Below, piece after piece: positions 28,340 to 37,681 of a stretch of 57,886 bases of DNA. Made by a program: the position numbers and the translations under genes. Within the stretch, counting starts at the first letter, position 1. Each line of letters starts with the position of its first letter. Under the pieces are notes generated by a model. It saw nothing but the letters and a program-made list of their open reading frames with translations. It was not told the DNA's origin and did no database searches. The stretch is from Syntrophorhabdaceae bacterium (lineage in GTDB: Bacteria; Desulfobacterota; Deferrimicrobia; Deferrimicrobiales; Deferrimicrobiaceae), in NCBI GenBank assembly GCA_009783195.1, contig WRHP01000005.1:1-57886 (forward strand), read 5' to 3'.

Positions 28340-29188
28340 ATGCCATTAGTAATCAACACCAACGTCTCGTCTTTGGGCGCGCAAAAGAACCTGGCCTACA
28401 GCAACACCAAGCTGACAGGATCAGTCCAGCGTCTGTCTTCAGGTCTTCGTGTAAACACCGCAAAAGACGATGCCGCCGGCTTGGCGGTTTCGCAGAAACT
28501 GCGGGCGCAGATCGCCAGCGTTTCGGTCGCCATCCGTAACTCGCAGGACGGCATCTCCCTTTCGCAGACTTCTGAAGGCGGTCTCAACGAAGTCGCCAAC
28601 ATTCTCACCCGTATGCGGGAGTTGTCCGAGCAGTCCGCCAACGGTACCCTCAAGGATGCGGAGCGCAGTTCTCTGAACGTCGAATACGAACAGCTTTATC
28701 AAGAAGTCTCGCGTATCGCCAACGTCACCGAATTTAACGGCGTCAAGCTGCTCAGCGGTCAAGGTTATGACACAGGTACCGGCGTTGTATTGCAGGTAGG
28801 CTTCCAAAACACGGGTGACGACAGAATTGCCTTGAAATTCGCAGGTTTGGATGTGTCGGAAACCTTAGCCGCCTCTCTTAGCCTGGGAGCGGATATCAAC
28901 ACGATGACGGGCGCGCAGAATAACCTCGATGCTATCGACAGCGCGATCGCGCAGGTTTCGTCAGCCCGCGGTATCTTGGGCGCTGTCATGAACCGTCTCG
29001 AGTCCACGATCCAGAACCTGCGTGTTACCCACGAGAACCTCTCGGCCGCGGATTCGGCGATCCGGGATGCGGACTTCGCGTTCGAAGCCTCAACCTTCAT
29101 CCGGAACCAGATCCTGGTTCAGGCTGGAACGTCGATGGTGGCGCAGGCTAACATGCTGCCTCAGGTGGCTCTCACCCTCCTGCAGTAA
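28340..29188 (+). CDS. fliC: flagellin (short, 282 aa)
   Basis: INTN, RLSSGLRVN.AKDDAAG, C-terminal IRDADFA...AQAN.LPQ.AL.LL. Confidence 0.97.
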   Translation: MPLVINTNVSSLGAQKNLAYSNTKLTGSVQRLSSGLRVNTAKDDAAGLAVSQKLRAQIASVSVAIRNSQDGISLSQTSEGGLNEVANILTRMRELSEQSANGTLKDAERSSLNVEYEQLYQEVSRIANVTEFNGVKLLSGQGYDTGTGVVLQVGFQNTGDDRIALKFAGLDVSETLAASLSLGADINTMTGAQNNLDAIDSAIAQVSSARGILGAVMNRLESTIQNLRVTHENLSAADSAIRDADFAFEASTFIRNQILVQAGTSMVAQANMLPQVALTLLQ

Positions 29189-29206
29189 ACGGAGGAAAAG
29201 AATCGC

Positions 29207-29236
29207 TAAGGGAGGGGGGGCGCCCCCCCTCCTTTA
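29207..29236 (+). terminator. G/C-rich stem-loop between fliC and flaG (partial terminator or RNA stabiliser)
   Basis: TAAGGGAGGGGGGG-CG-CCCCCCCTCCTTTA inverted repeat with only a short U tail. Confidence 0.6.
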
Positions 29237-29254
29237 CGGCATGGAGTGAATAAC

Positions 29255-29680
29255 ATGAATGTAAAAACTAACATAAGCGCGCCTGGGTCCGCGCAGCTTC
29301 CGTCTTTTTCCACAAAAAACGAGTCGGTTCCCAAAGAGGTGGTTTCACTCGGCAAAGAAGTGTCTGTTTCGTTTGGCAGAGAAACATCCGCTGCCGACGG
29401 CAGGGAAAAGCGTGGGGAAGCCTCCACCAAAGAAATGGCCGAGATGCAGGATTTTTTGCGCAAAGCGTTGGATGTCGATCCGATTGCGCAGCGCAGATTG
29501 CAGCTCAGTATTGAGAAGGAACTGGACATCGTTGTAGTCAAGGTTTTAGACAAGGAAAGCGGCGACTTGGTCCGGCAGATACCGATGCCGACACAAATTT
29601 CTGTTTCCAAAGATTTGCAGGTGTTTATGGATAGACTGGCCAACAGCGAGAGCGGGATTGCTGTAAATCAGGAGGTTTAA
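29255..29680 (+). CDS. flaG: flagellar protein FlaG
   Basis: LQLSIEKELDIVVVKVLDKESGDLVRQIP; located between fliC and fliD. Confidence 0.88.
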   Translation: MNVKTNISAPGSAQLPSFSTKNESVPKEVVSLGKEVSVSFGRETSAADGREKRGEASTKEMAEMQDFLRKALDVDPIAQRRLQLSIEKELDIVVVKVLDKESGDLVRQIPMPTQISVSKDLQVFMDRLANSESGIAVNQEV

Positions 29681-31006
29681 ATGGCGACCTTTTCCGTAGG
29701 CGGGATCATGTCGGGGATCGACTACGACACGATGATCCAGCAGATCATCAAGCTGGAACATAGACCGCTCGACCTGAAAGCTGACCGGCAGAAAGTCTTC
29801 CAGACCAAGATCAGCAGTTACGGCGAGCTCTCCTCTCTCCTGGGTAAATTCAAATCTGCCGCGGATGGCTTGAAGACCGGCACCGATTTCTACGCTCGCA
29901 AGGCGGAAGCGGGCAACAAGGATGTCATCAACGTAAGCGCGTCCCCTTCCGCTGCCGAAGGGAACTACAGCGTTGTTGTAAACAAGCTTGCGCAGGCTCA
30001 CCGGATCGCTTCGTCGGGAGTTGCCGACGGCAATACGGTAATAGCGTCCGGCGCCGGCAGCTTCGCTTTTAAAGTAGGCGGCGGGGAAGAGGTTTCCGTT
30101 GACGTCAATGAAACCACCACGCTTAACGATCTTGCCGCTGCGATCAATTCGAAAACCGGCAGTGGTGTCGAAGCAAGCGTAATCAACGACGGCACCAATT
30201 CGCGCCTTGTTCTTAAGAGCGCTTCTACCGGCAGCACGAGCGAGATTACGATAACGGAAAACGGCACAAACCTTTTTTCGGGCGGACAGACGTTGCAGGA
30301 AGCCCAGGACGCGGAGTTTTCCATCGACGGTCTGTCGATGACCCGCAGCTCAAACAATATCGAAGGCGCGATCAGCGGGGTGTCGATAACGCTGAAAAAC
30401 GTGGGCTCATCCACAATTTCAGTTACAAATGACTCCGAGGCTATCCAGAAAAAGATTCAGTCTTTTGTCGATGCCTACAACGATGTCGTCAAGTTTGTCT
30501 CTAAAAACGTCTCTTACGATTCGAAAACCGGCGTTTCCGGCGCTTTCACGGGAGAGTCTACAGCAAGAGACGTTGTGAACAAGTTAAGGGGGATATTGGG
30601 AACACAGGTAGGGGGGCTTTCCGAATCATTGAGCTCTCTTTCCCAGATAGGTGTTTCTACCCAACGGGACGGGACGCTCAAACTCGACACCACGGTTTTG
30701 GCCGGCAAAATTGCGTCCGATATAGACGGCGTGTCGAAGATATTCAGCGGCGAAAATGGGATAGCCGGCGCTGTTGGCAAATATGTGGATGAAGCGACCA
30801 ACTCCTCTGGAGTTCTCTCTTTCCGCACGAAAAGCCTCCAGTCTATCGTGACCCGTCTTTCCGATGAGATCGAACGGGGCGAGGCCAACCTGAAAAAACG
30901 GGAAGAAAACCTGATTTTGCAATTTGCCAAATTAGAAGGGATGATGACGCAGTACTCGTCGCTGGGGTCTTCGTTGGCGAGTATGCTCGCGATGCCGACG
31001 TCATAG
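29681..31006 (+). CDS. fliD: flagellar filament cap FliD
   Basis: GIMSGID, V.KLAQA, AQDAEFSIDG, FVDAYND, QFAKLE. Confidence 0.94.
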   Translation: MATFSVGGIMSGIDYDTMIQQIIKLEHRPLDLKADRQKVFQTKISSYGELSSLLGKFKSAADGLKTGTDFYARKAEAGNKDVINVSASPSAAEGNYSVVVNKLAQAHRIASSGVADGNTVIASGAGSFAFKVGGGEEVSVDVNETTTLNDLAAAINSKTGSGVEASVINDGTNSRLVLKSASTGSTSEITITENGTNLFSGGQTLQEAQDAEFSIDGLSMTRSSNNIEGAISGVSITLKNVGSSTISVTNDSEAIQKKIQSFVDAYNDVVKFVSKNVSYDSKTGVSGAFTGESTARDVVNKLRGILGTQVGGLSESLSSLSQIGVSTQRDGTLKLDTTVLAGKIASDIDGVSKIFSGENGIAGAVGKYVDEATNSSGVLSFRTKSLQSIVTRLSDEIERGEANLKKREENLILQFAKLEGMMTQYSSLGSSLASMLAMPTS

Positions 31007-31036
31007 CTGACAAAAACCCACGGGGGGATTTGAATA

Positions 31037-31480
31037 ATGACGACGCAGTACGATGCGTACAGGAAAACTACGATTGACACCTCGAACAATGTTCGGATCG
31101 TATCTCTTCTGTTCGATGGGGCGATTAATTTCCTGAAAGTAGCCCGAACCAAGATGGAGCAGCACGACATAGCGGGCAAAGGCGTGTATCTCGGAAAGAC
31201 TACTGCGATCGTCAGTGAGCTTTTGAAAGCGCTTAATATGGAAGAAGGCGGCGAGATTGCTGAAAATCTGCAGCGGCTATACGACTTTGTCCTGGACCGG
31301 CTGCTGCAGGCGAACCTGAAAAACGATCTGCAGTCACTGTATGAGGCGGAACGGGTTTTGGATGACATCCGGTGCGGCTGGAAAGATATGGAACGGAACC
31401 AGATCGCGGCCGCGGCGGCTTGTCCGGCTTCTTCCCCTGTGCGCGCCTCCCATGGCGCGGGAATGGGAGTTCAGGCGTGA
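31037..31480 (+). CDS. fliS: flagellin chaperone FliS
   Basis: LLFDGAI.FL, LNMEEGGEIAENL.RLYDF. Confidence 0.94.
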   Translation: MTTQYDAYRKTTIDTSNNVRIVSLLFDGAINFLKVARTKMEQHDIAGKGVYLGKTTAIVSELLKALNMEEGGEIAENLQRLYDFVLDRLLQANLKNDLQSLYEAERVLDDIRCGWKDMERNQIAAAAACPASSPVRASHGAGMGVQA

Positions 31481-31824
31481 ATCCGGAAACGGAAGCCCTC
31501 TGGACCAGCCTGCGTGATCTGGCGCTGGAACAGAAGGCTGCCGTAGAAGCGGGAAACTTGGACGAGGCAGGCGCTATTGCCGAAAAGCGTCGTCAGATCC
31601 TCCTTGATATTCAAAAAAATGACACTCTTTCCGGGGAAGGAAAGTCATCCGCGCCGGAACTCATGGTCCGAGAGATCCTCGCCATTGATGAAGAAGCTGT
31701 GAAGGTTCTGAAAACCGGAATGCAGGAAGTTTCACAGGAGCTGGAAAATATAAATACTTTCAAGGTGTTATTCCAGGGCGCTATCGACGGCATTCGCTCT
31801 TCGGGTGGTTCGTCGGCTCCCTGA
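31477..31824 (+). CDS. FliT/FlgN-like helical chaperone
   Basis: GTG overlaps the fliS stop; helical protein in the usual fliT position. Confidence 0.55.
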   Translation: MNPETEALWTSLRDLALEQKAAVEAGNLDEAGAIAEKRRQILLDIQKNDTLSGEGKSSAPELMVREILAIDEEAVKVLKTGMQEVSQELENINTFKVLFQGAIDGIRSSGGSSAP

Positions 31825-31862
31825 TGGTTACATAAGCTTTATTTAAACCCCCGTTGCCAAAA

Positions 31863-31903
31863 TTGGCAGGACTGTTGCACTAACAGTCCTGCCAACTTTT
31901 TTT
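31863..31903 (+). terminator. rho-independent terminator after the fliD-fliS-fliT operon
   Basis: TTGGCAGGACTGTT-GCACT-AACAGTCCTGCCAA (14-bp stem) followed by C and T7. Confidence 0.85.
31864..31879 (+). promoter_or_regulatory. putative sigma54 promoter embedded in the terminator 5' arm
   Basis: TGGCAG-GACTG-TTGCA (GG-N10-GC). Confidence 0.4.
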
Positions 31904-31994
31904 GCGCGTTAAATTTTCGTGATGGGGGGTTGCGTGGTCGCTATATCCCTTAAAATTTTTACGCCGGTTTGCCGCGGCGCTTTCTGAAACGCCT

Positions 31995-33662
31995 ATGGAA
32001 CTGGAACTGACCCGGCGGGGAAACTATTCGCTGCGAGTTGTCTGTCCGGACGGATCGGAGAGGGTCTTTCACAGCCTTTATGACCCGGAAGGGGAAGCTG
32101 AAGCGCTTGTTGACGCTTCAGGTTTTTCCGGCAGCGGCATGCTTGTCGTGCTTGGCTTGGGGCTGGGCTACCATGTGGACCGGATGCGACGGCTGTATCC
32201 TGACGCGGAGATCGTGGTTATTGAGTCATCGCGTAAGATCTTCGATTTATGCCTGGAGCATGGGAAAGGGGCGCAGCCGTCGGAGAAGGTTCATTTCCTG
32301 GTAGACCTTGCTCCCGAAGAAGCCATATCGGAAGTTTCGCGCATCCATCTCAAAGCGGGGTTTTTGCCCCTCTCTGTTTTTAGCTTTGCGCCAGGGATAG
32401 CTTTTGCGCCCGGATACTACGATCCGATTCGCGCGGCGCTCGAAAAAAGCATCTCTTTCCGGCTCTGGGAGCGGGTCCGGTATCCTAAACTTGCGCCGGG
32501 AAATCTGACGATCGCGCTTTTTGACTTTGGCTACTTCTTGACGGAAGAAATCGCTCGCGCGCTTGCGGCGCTTGGCCATTCGGTGGTGCGCGTCCGCGGG
32601 AAAAAGGACGAAAAGTGCGGCGACATACTGGGGAGAGTTACCGAAACCATCGCTTTGAAGCGCCCCGACTTCTTTCTTACCGTGAATCATTTGGGTTTCG
32701 ACGAAGAGGGTGTGCTTGCCGACTTCTTTGAGTCGATCGGGATGCCGGCTGCTGTCTGGTACGTGGACAACCCCAATCTCCTGATGCGGATTTTTCCGCA
32801 AAATGTTTCGCCTTGCTGTTGTGTCTTCACTTGGGATGAAAGCTATAAGGAATCGCTGCGCGGGATCGGGTTTGAGAATGTGGAATACCTGCCGCTGGCT
32901 GCCGACGAGGAGATTTTCCACCCAATGCGTTTATCTATCGAGCGGAGAAACAGGCTTGGGGCTGATGTCGGGTTTGTAGGCGATTCGAGAGCTTCGTGGG
33001 CGCGGGAGCTGCTCCAAAAGGTGCGGCAAGAGTTGCATCCGGCTGTAAAGCGTGTTGCGCAGCGGCTTTCTGTTGCGCGCAATCTTGCGTTTCACGAGGC
33101 GAAGGAAGCTGAAATGCGTGACAGCGAACATGCTTTGTTTGAGGCGCTGACTGAAAGAGAAAAATCGGATTTTGAGGCGGCGGTTTTTTGGCGGGGAACA
33201 CTTCTTTATCGCCTGTCGTGTTTGCGGACTCTTGAAGAATTTTGCCCTTTGGTGCGCGGCGATGCCGAATGGGGAAAACTGTTAAACGATAAATTCCGGT
33301 TTGGCCCCAGAATCAACTATTACAAAGAGCTTCCCGCCTTTTATAACTTGTGCCGGATCAATTTAAACACGACCAGCATACAGATGGACACGGCGGTCAA
33401 CCAGAGGGTGTTCGATGTTCCTGCTTGTGGGGCGTTTCTGCTTACGGATCGCCGACCGTCTCTTTCGCCCCTTTTTGAGGAGGGGAAAGAGGTGATTGTT
33501 TACGACAGCCCGGAGGAAATCCCGGAGCTTGTGAGGTTTTATCTGCGAAACAATACCGCGCGGGAAGCTGTTGCGGCAAAAGGCAAGGCTCGGGTACTGC
33601 GGGAGCACACGTATAAGCACCGGGTAGACGCAATTATCCGGCGGCTTCGGGATGACCTCTAA
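31995..33662 (+). CDS. Maf-N-like domain + CgeB-family (DUF3880/Glyco_trans_1_2) glycosyltransferase
   Basis: HSLYDP..EA and LGLGLGYH at the N-terminus; WYVDNP, LPLAAD, NQRVFDVPACGAF, EHTY.HR at the C-terminus. Confidence 0.82.
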   Translation: MELELTRRGNYSLRVVCPDGSERVFHSLYDPEGEAEALVDASGFSGSGMLVVLGLGLGYHVDRMRRLYPDAEIVVIESSRKIFDLCLEHGKGAQPSEKVHFLVDLAPEEAISEVSRIHLKAGFLPLSVFSFAPGIAFAPGYYDPIRAALEKSISFRLWERVRYPKLAPGNLTIALFDFGYFLTEEIARALAALGHSVVRVRGKKDEKCGDILGRVTETIALKRPDFFLTVNHLGFDEEGVLADFFESIGMPAAVWYVDNPNLLMRIFPQNVSPCCCVFTWDESYKESLRGIGFENVEYLPLAADEEIFHPMRLSIERRNRLGADVGFVGDSRASWARELLQKVRQELHPAVKRVAQRLSVARNLAFHEAKEAEMRDSEHALFEALTEREKSDFEAAVFWRGTLLYRLSCLRTLEEFCPLVRGDAEWGKLLNDKFRFGPRINYYKELPAFYNLCRINLNTTSIQMDTAVNQRVFDVPACGAFLLTDRRPSLSPLFEEGKEVIVYDSPEEIPELVRFYLRNNTAREAVAAKGKARVLREHTYKHRVDAIIRRLRDDL

Positions 33663-33700
33663 AACTATGCGGCCGACGCCAACGAAAGAATCGCAATTTA

Positions 33701-34195
33701 ATGGATATTAATAAAAAGAATATGAGTTTAAGCGAAAAGCGGCAAATGCTTGCCAATTTGCTGCTAAATCTTTATCGCAAACATCAAATCATGGAGTCTT
33801 CCAAGCTGTATTACGATAACGAATTGTACAAATTAATAAGAGATTTGCTGGCTGTTATTTCAGACGACGATCAAGCTAATGTTTTGGCGCTTCGCTCCTA
33901 CGACGCATTGCAAGATGATGAATCGAGGCGAATTCATGCTTGTTTGTTTTTGTGCAAGTGTATTGGGATAAGCGATATTGCGGGTATGTGCGCGGAGTTT
34001 GAGGCGCTTAAAGGCGCGGAAAATACGATTCGCAGATGTAAGCCGAAACTCGCTGTCTGCATATACCACAAACCATCGGATGTTGTTGAAATACCGGCGT
34101 TAATTATGAATTTTTTCCCGGAATACAAGTTGTACATAAGACAGCATCACGCAAGGGTTCTAACGGAAATTGTTTTGTATGCATTGCCACAATAG
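33701..34195 (+). pseudogene. internally deleted FkbM-family methyltransferase remnant
   Basis: The C-terminus (AEFEALKGAENTIRRCKPKLAVCIYH...YKLYIRQH...VLYA) is FkbM-like, but the SAM-binding motif I and the KMDIEG motif are missing; AT-rich. Confidence 0.6.
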
Positions 34196-34243
34196 AAATT
34201 GTCAGCACGCGCTACCCATGCCGTATTAACGGAGGTAGTTGGA

Positions 34244-35221
34244 TTGAAAAAAATTCCCATGACAGTGTTGATTACAACGGCGAACAATCCGCCGTCGGGT
34301 GTGCCGTTTTTGGAGATGGTAAACCCGAATATTCGGATGATCGCGGCGAAAGCCGCCTTGTATTTTTGGGTTACTCAAGGAATAGAGCAAATTGTGTTGG
34401 CTGACGCGACAGCAACAAATTTGCTCAGCGAGTACGAAGTGGCGGAAATTGATAAATTACATACGCGCATAGAGCAAATAAGCTATAAACAAGCCGGCGA
34501 AGAAATAATCGAGAGAGGGAAAGGTTACGGCGAAGGCAAGCTTATTGAGTATGCAATCAACAATTCGGAACTACTTGCGCATGAAGAGTCTTTTTTCAAA
34601 TGTACAGGCAAAGTATATGTTCGAAATTTTCCGGATATCGCCGAAATCATAAAGGCTAACAGCATATCGAGCTTATTTTGGAGATACATGGGGGACGGCA
34701 CAGAGGTGAAGCATTGGGCTGATTGCCGGTTCTATTACACATCTAAAAACTTTGCTGAAAATCACCTGATACCTGCCTACCTTGAGTCTCACGATATTAA
34801 TAAGGTCGCTTGTGAAAATTATGTTTATAAAGCGCTTGAACATAATATGAGAGCCGGCAGGGGGGCTCGGCCACTCATAACAGGATATGCTGGTAGTACA
34901 GGCGAAGCGTATTTTGATTTGAGTTTAGGAAGCCTGGATAATAATTTTCCGTGTTGGGTTGGCTATGCTACTAACGTGATCGCGGAACCCGCGCTAACAT
35001 CCGGCGACCTTGAAGACGCAAGGGGAGCTTTGGAGCGGCATCTTATGGAATGCCCTCTTGATGTAGATGCCTTGATACGACATTCGGATATTCTTTTTCG
35101 CTTGGGATCGAAAGAAGCGGCGCTGGAGAGTTTAAATAAGGTGCTGTTGTTTTATCCGGGGCACGAGGAGGCGCTTCGTTGTAAGGTTGCTATCGAAAAT
35201 GCCGCTCTCCGGAGGAAATGA
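34244..35221 (+). CDS. hypothetical polysaccharide-locus protein (GKGYGE motif) with C-terminal TPR
   Basis: TTG start after GGAGGT; AT-rich core with GKGYGEGKLI and FFKCTGK; TPR-like helices from ~34985. Confidence 0.6.
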   Translation: MKKIPMTVLITTANNPPSGVPFLEMVNPNIRMIAAKAALYFWVTQGIEQIVLADATATNLLSEYEVAEIDKLHTRIEQISYKQAGEEIIERGKGYGEGKLIEYAINNSELLAHEESFFKCTGKVYVRNFPDIAEIIKANSISSLFWRYMGDGTEVKHWADCRFYYTSKNFAENHLIPAYLESHDINKVACENYVYKALEHNMRAGRGARPLITGYAGSTGEAYFDLSLGSLDNNFPCWVGYATNVIAEPALTSGDLEDARGALERHLMECPLDVDALIRHSDILFRLGSKEAALESLNKVLLFYPGHEEALRCKVAIENAALRRK

Positions 35222-35277
35222 CGCCGTATATTTGGAGAAAAATTTTAAAAAAACCTGAAATACTATCGTTGCGGCTT
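35189..35277 (+). repeat. decayed third copy of the island junction repeat
   Basis: GCTATCGAAAATGCCGCTCTCCGGAGGAAATGACGCCGTATATTTGGAG...CGGCTT aligns to 38442-38529; ATG is replaced by GTA. Confidence 0.75.
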
Positions 35278-35296
35278 ATTGTTTACGGAGATAGTA

Positions 35297-37102
35297 ATGA
35301 GCGGACATAGAAACATAACAATGATTTTGGAAATCAGTAAAAGTACCCCGGAAATTTTAAACCATACCGAATTTTTTGATGAATTTCTTCAGAAAGGCAA
35401 CCGGGCGATAGTTATACATGACGAATCGTTCAAAGCGCCTTGTGAAATCAAAGGTGATATATCGTTTTACAGCTTGTCGCCTGGAGCGACAAGCGTGGAT
35501 ATATGCAACTACGCGGTATTCGAACTGGATAAAACCGAAAACGATGTGTTGGTTGTGTCGCAGGATCTGCGCCCGGAGTCGATATCATTTTATGACGAAA
35601 TGTCTTCATGTTTATACGTCTGTGAAAAACACGCCGTTGTGTGCGCAAGAAACGAGGCTTCAGGGCCGCTTAATGATGCCGCCAAAAAATACCTTCCGTC
35701 ATTTCACGTGACCTCAGATGTTGACGCGGGTTGTGTTCTTATAAAAAGAAAAATTATTGATAATCTGGGGTTTTTGTTGCGGAAGTCGGCTAACCTTAAA
35801 TATTCCTTGATGGATTTTTGTTACACAATAAACGGCTACGGCTATAGCGCGGTTATTTCAAACCATGCCACTGTCTCATACCCGCGTGAACCGCAAAATA
35901 AAGATGAAGAAGAGGTTTTCCTTAGCACGTTCCCCGGTCGCGAAAATGTAGAACACAGCAAAGATATTTTTAATATCCATCCATGCTTGTGGTTTTTAGA
36001 TCTGCTTGCGGAAAATTACTATCCTGTGCCAAAAATATTGTTTGATTTTTCCGCGATGCCTAAAATATATTGCGGCACTTCTGAAAGCATGCTTTCATTT
36101 TTTAACGCGTTCTATAAATTATATAGAAAACATTATAATATTTATGTACTAATAAGACCAGATGTGGATAAATCTTTAGGATTGTCGAAAAAATATCCTG
36201 ATGCGCACTTTTTAGAAACGATAAAAGAAACATTTCATTTGGGCATTGCAATTAATCAGCCCTGGTATATGAATCAGAATATTATATTTAATAAGCACTG
36301 TCTTAAAGTAGTGTTTTGGATGCTGGATATTATCATGGCGCGTTGTGAATATATCGTCCCTGTCAAGGAAAGGGCAGTGCTGGTCAAGGCTCTAAGGCTT
36401 GGAATGAGGCTTGCGGACGGGATAATTTCAATCAGTGATTTTACCACAAAAGATTACAAGGCGTATTTATCCTCTTACGCGGAGGCGGTAAATAAGCCTG
36501 TTAAAACGATTTATCTTGCAAGTAATTTTTCTCCAAACGATACCAGGCATCCGGATCTTCCTTTTGACAAATATTTTCTAATAGTGGGAAATCCTTATAA
36601 GCATAAAGCCATTAACAATATCTTGAACGTACTTGTGGAAAGCCCGCATAATTTTATTGTGGTTGGAGGGGCGTATACGGGGCATGTCACTAATAACATA
36701 TATTTTTACCAAAGCGGCGCTATGCCTGAAGATTTTCTAAGTTCTTTGTATACGAATTGCGAAGCGCTGATCTTTCCCAGCCTGTATGAGGGTTTTGGTT
36801 TGCCTGTGACAATAGGGCTCAAGAATAAAAAACGGGTAATACTCTACAATAACGAACTTAACAGGGAACTGACAGCCCTTTATAAAGATTTTTCGGAATA
36901 CCTGATTTATTTTGATTACTTCCACCAAATCCCGGCTCTTATTGATTCTATAGATTTTAACGCCTCCTTGCCGAATGTAGGGTATAGTCGTACTTGGGAT
37001 GATGTTGCGGCAGACGCGGAAGTGTTTTTTAAAGATATTTTAGATACCGAAACAGATGTGGAAAGGTTATTTGACAGATGGGAAAGGCTTTCATTTTTTT
37101 AA
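35297..37102 (+). CDS. AT-rich glycosyltransferase (degenerate GT2-like N-terminus + GT4/Glycos_transf_1 C-terminus)
   Basis: LIFPSLYEGFGLPV (EX7E region, second E absent), GNPYKHK, ADGIISISDFT. Confidence 0.75.
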   Translation: MSGHRNITMILEISKSTPEILNHTEFFDEFLQKGNRAIVIHDESFKAPCEIKGDISFYSLSPGATSVDICNYAVFELDKTENDVLVVSQDLRPESISFYDEMSSCLYVCEKHAVVCARNEASGPLNDAAKKYLPSFHVTSDVDAGCVLIKRKIIDNLGFLLRKSANLKYSLMDFCYTINGYGYSAVISNHATVSYPREPQNKDEEEVFLSTFPGRENVEHSKDIFNIHPCLWFLDLLAENYYPVPKILFDFSAMPKIYCGTSESMLSFFNAFYKLYRKHYNIYVLIRPDVDKSLGLSKKYPDAHFLETIKETFHLGIAINQPWYMNQNIIFNKHCLKVVFWMLDIIMARCEYIVPVKERAVLVKALRLGMRLADGIISISDFTTKDYKAYLSSYAEAVNKPVKTIYLASNFSPNDTRHPDLPFDKYFLIVGNPYKHKAINNILNVLVESPHNFIVVGGAYTGHVTNNIYFYQSGAMPEDFLSSLYTNCEALIFPSLYEGFGLPVTIGLKNKKRVILYNNELNRELTALYKDFSEYLIYFDYFHQIPALIDSIDFNASLPNVGYSRTWDDVAADAEVFFKDILDTETDVERLFDRWERLSFF

Positions 37103-37145
37103 ATGTTGAGAAAGAGATAAATAATGTGCGTATGCGCGTCTTGAG

Positions 37146-37681
37146 TTGAGGATACCGCTCCCCAAAGGAAATGACGCCATGTATTTAGAGCAAAACCTGA
37201 AAAAACTTGAAACGCTCTCCCCTCGGCTTGCAAAGCGTTTGCGCGACGCCGAATGCGCCGGAAGCGTCACCGTCGTTACGTCGAAGGCCGGGCTGCCGTC
37301 GATAAAAATAGAAGACGCGTTACTGCACAGCTTATACGACCCGGCGCGGGAAGCCCGCGATTGGGTGGAGCACCATCAGGCCGATACCGAAGCGGCATCT
37401 TCTATCGCGGTGCTTGGGGTTGGCTTTGGATATCATGTGGAAGAGTTGTTGCGCGTCACGAACAAGCCGGTGGTGGCGTTTGAGCCCCGTTTAGACGTTT
37501 TGCGGGCCGCCGCTACGGCGCGTGATATGTCCGCGCTGTTTTCGCGAGTTAAGATCGCGTGCTGCCCCGACGACCTTGAGGTTCCGACGGCGGACGGGCT
37601 GCTTTGCATACTGCGGTATGAGCCGTCCGTGCGCCTTGATCCTGCCGCTCACAAAGAAGCCGAATCCCGCATGGAGACGCT
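37146..37681 (+). repeat. direct repeat copy A (~536 bp)
   Basis: Matches 38446-38981 at an offset of exactly 1300; about 25 mismatches by eye, no indels. Confidence 0.95.

Noticed and set aside
31951-31978. sigma28 promoter for the glycosylation island (TAAA-N16-GCCGCGGC)
   Set aside because: The -10 element matches only 4 of 8 positions.
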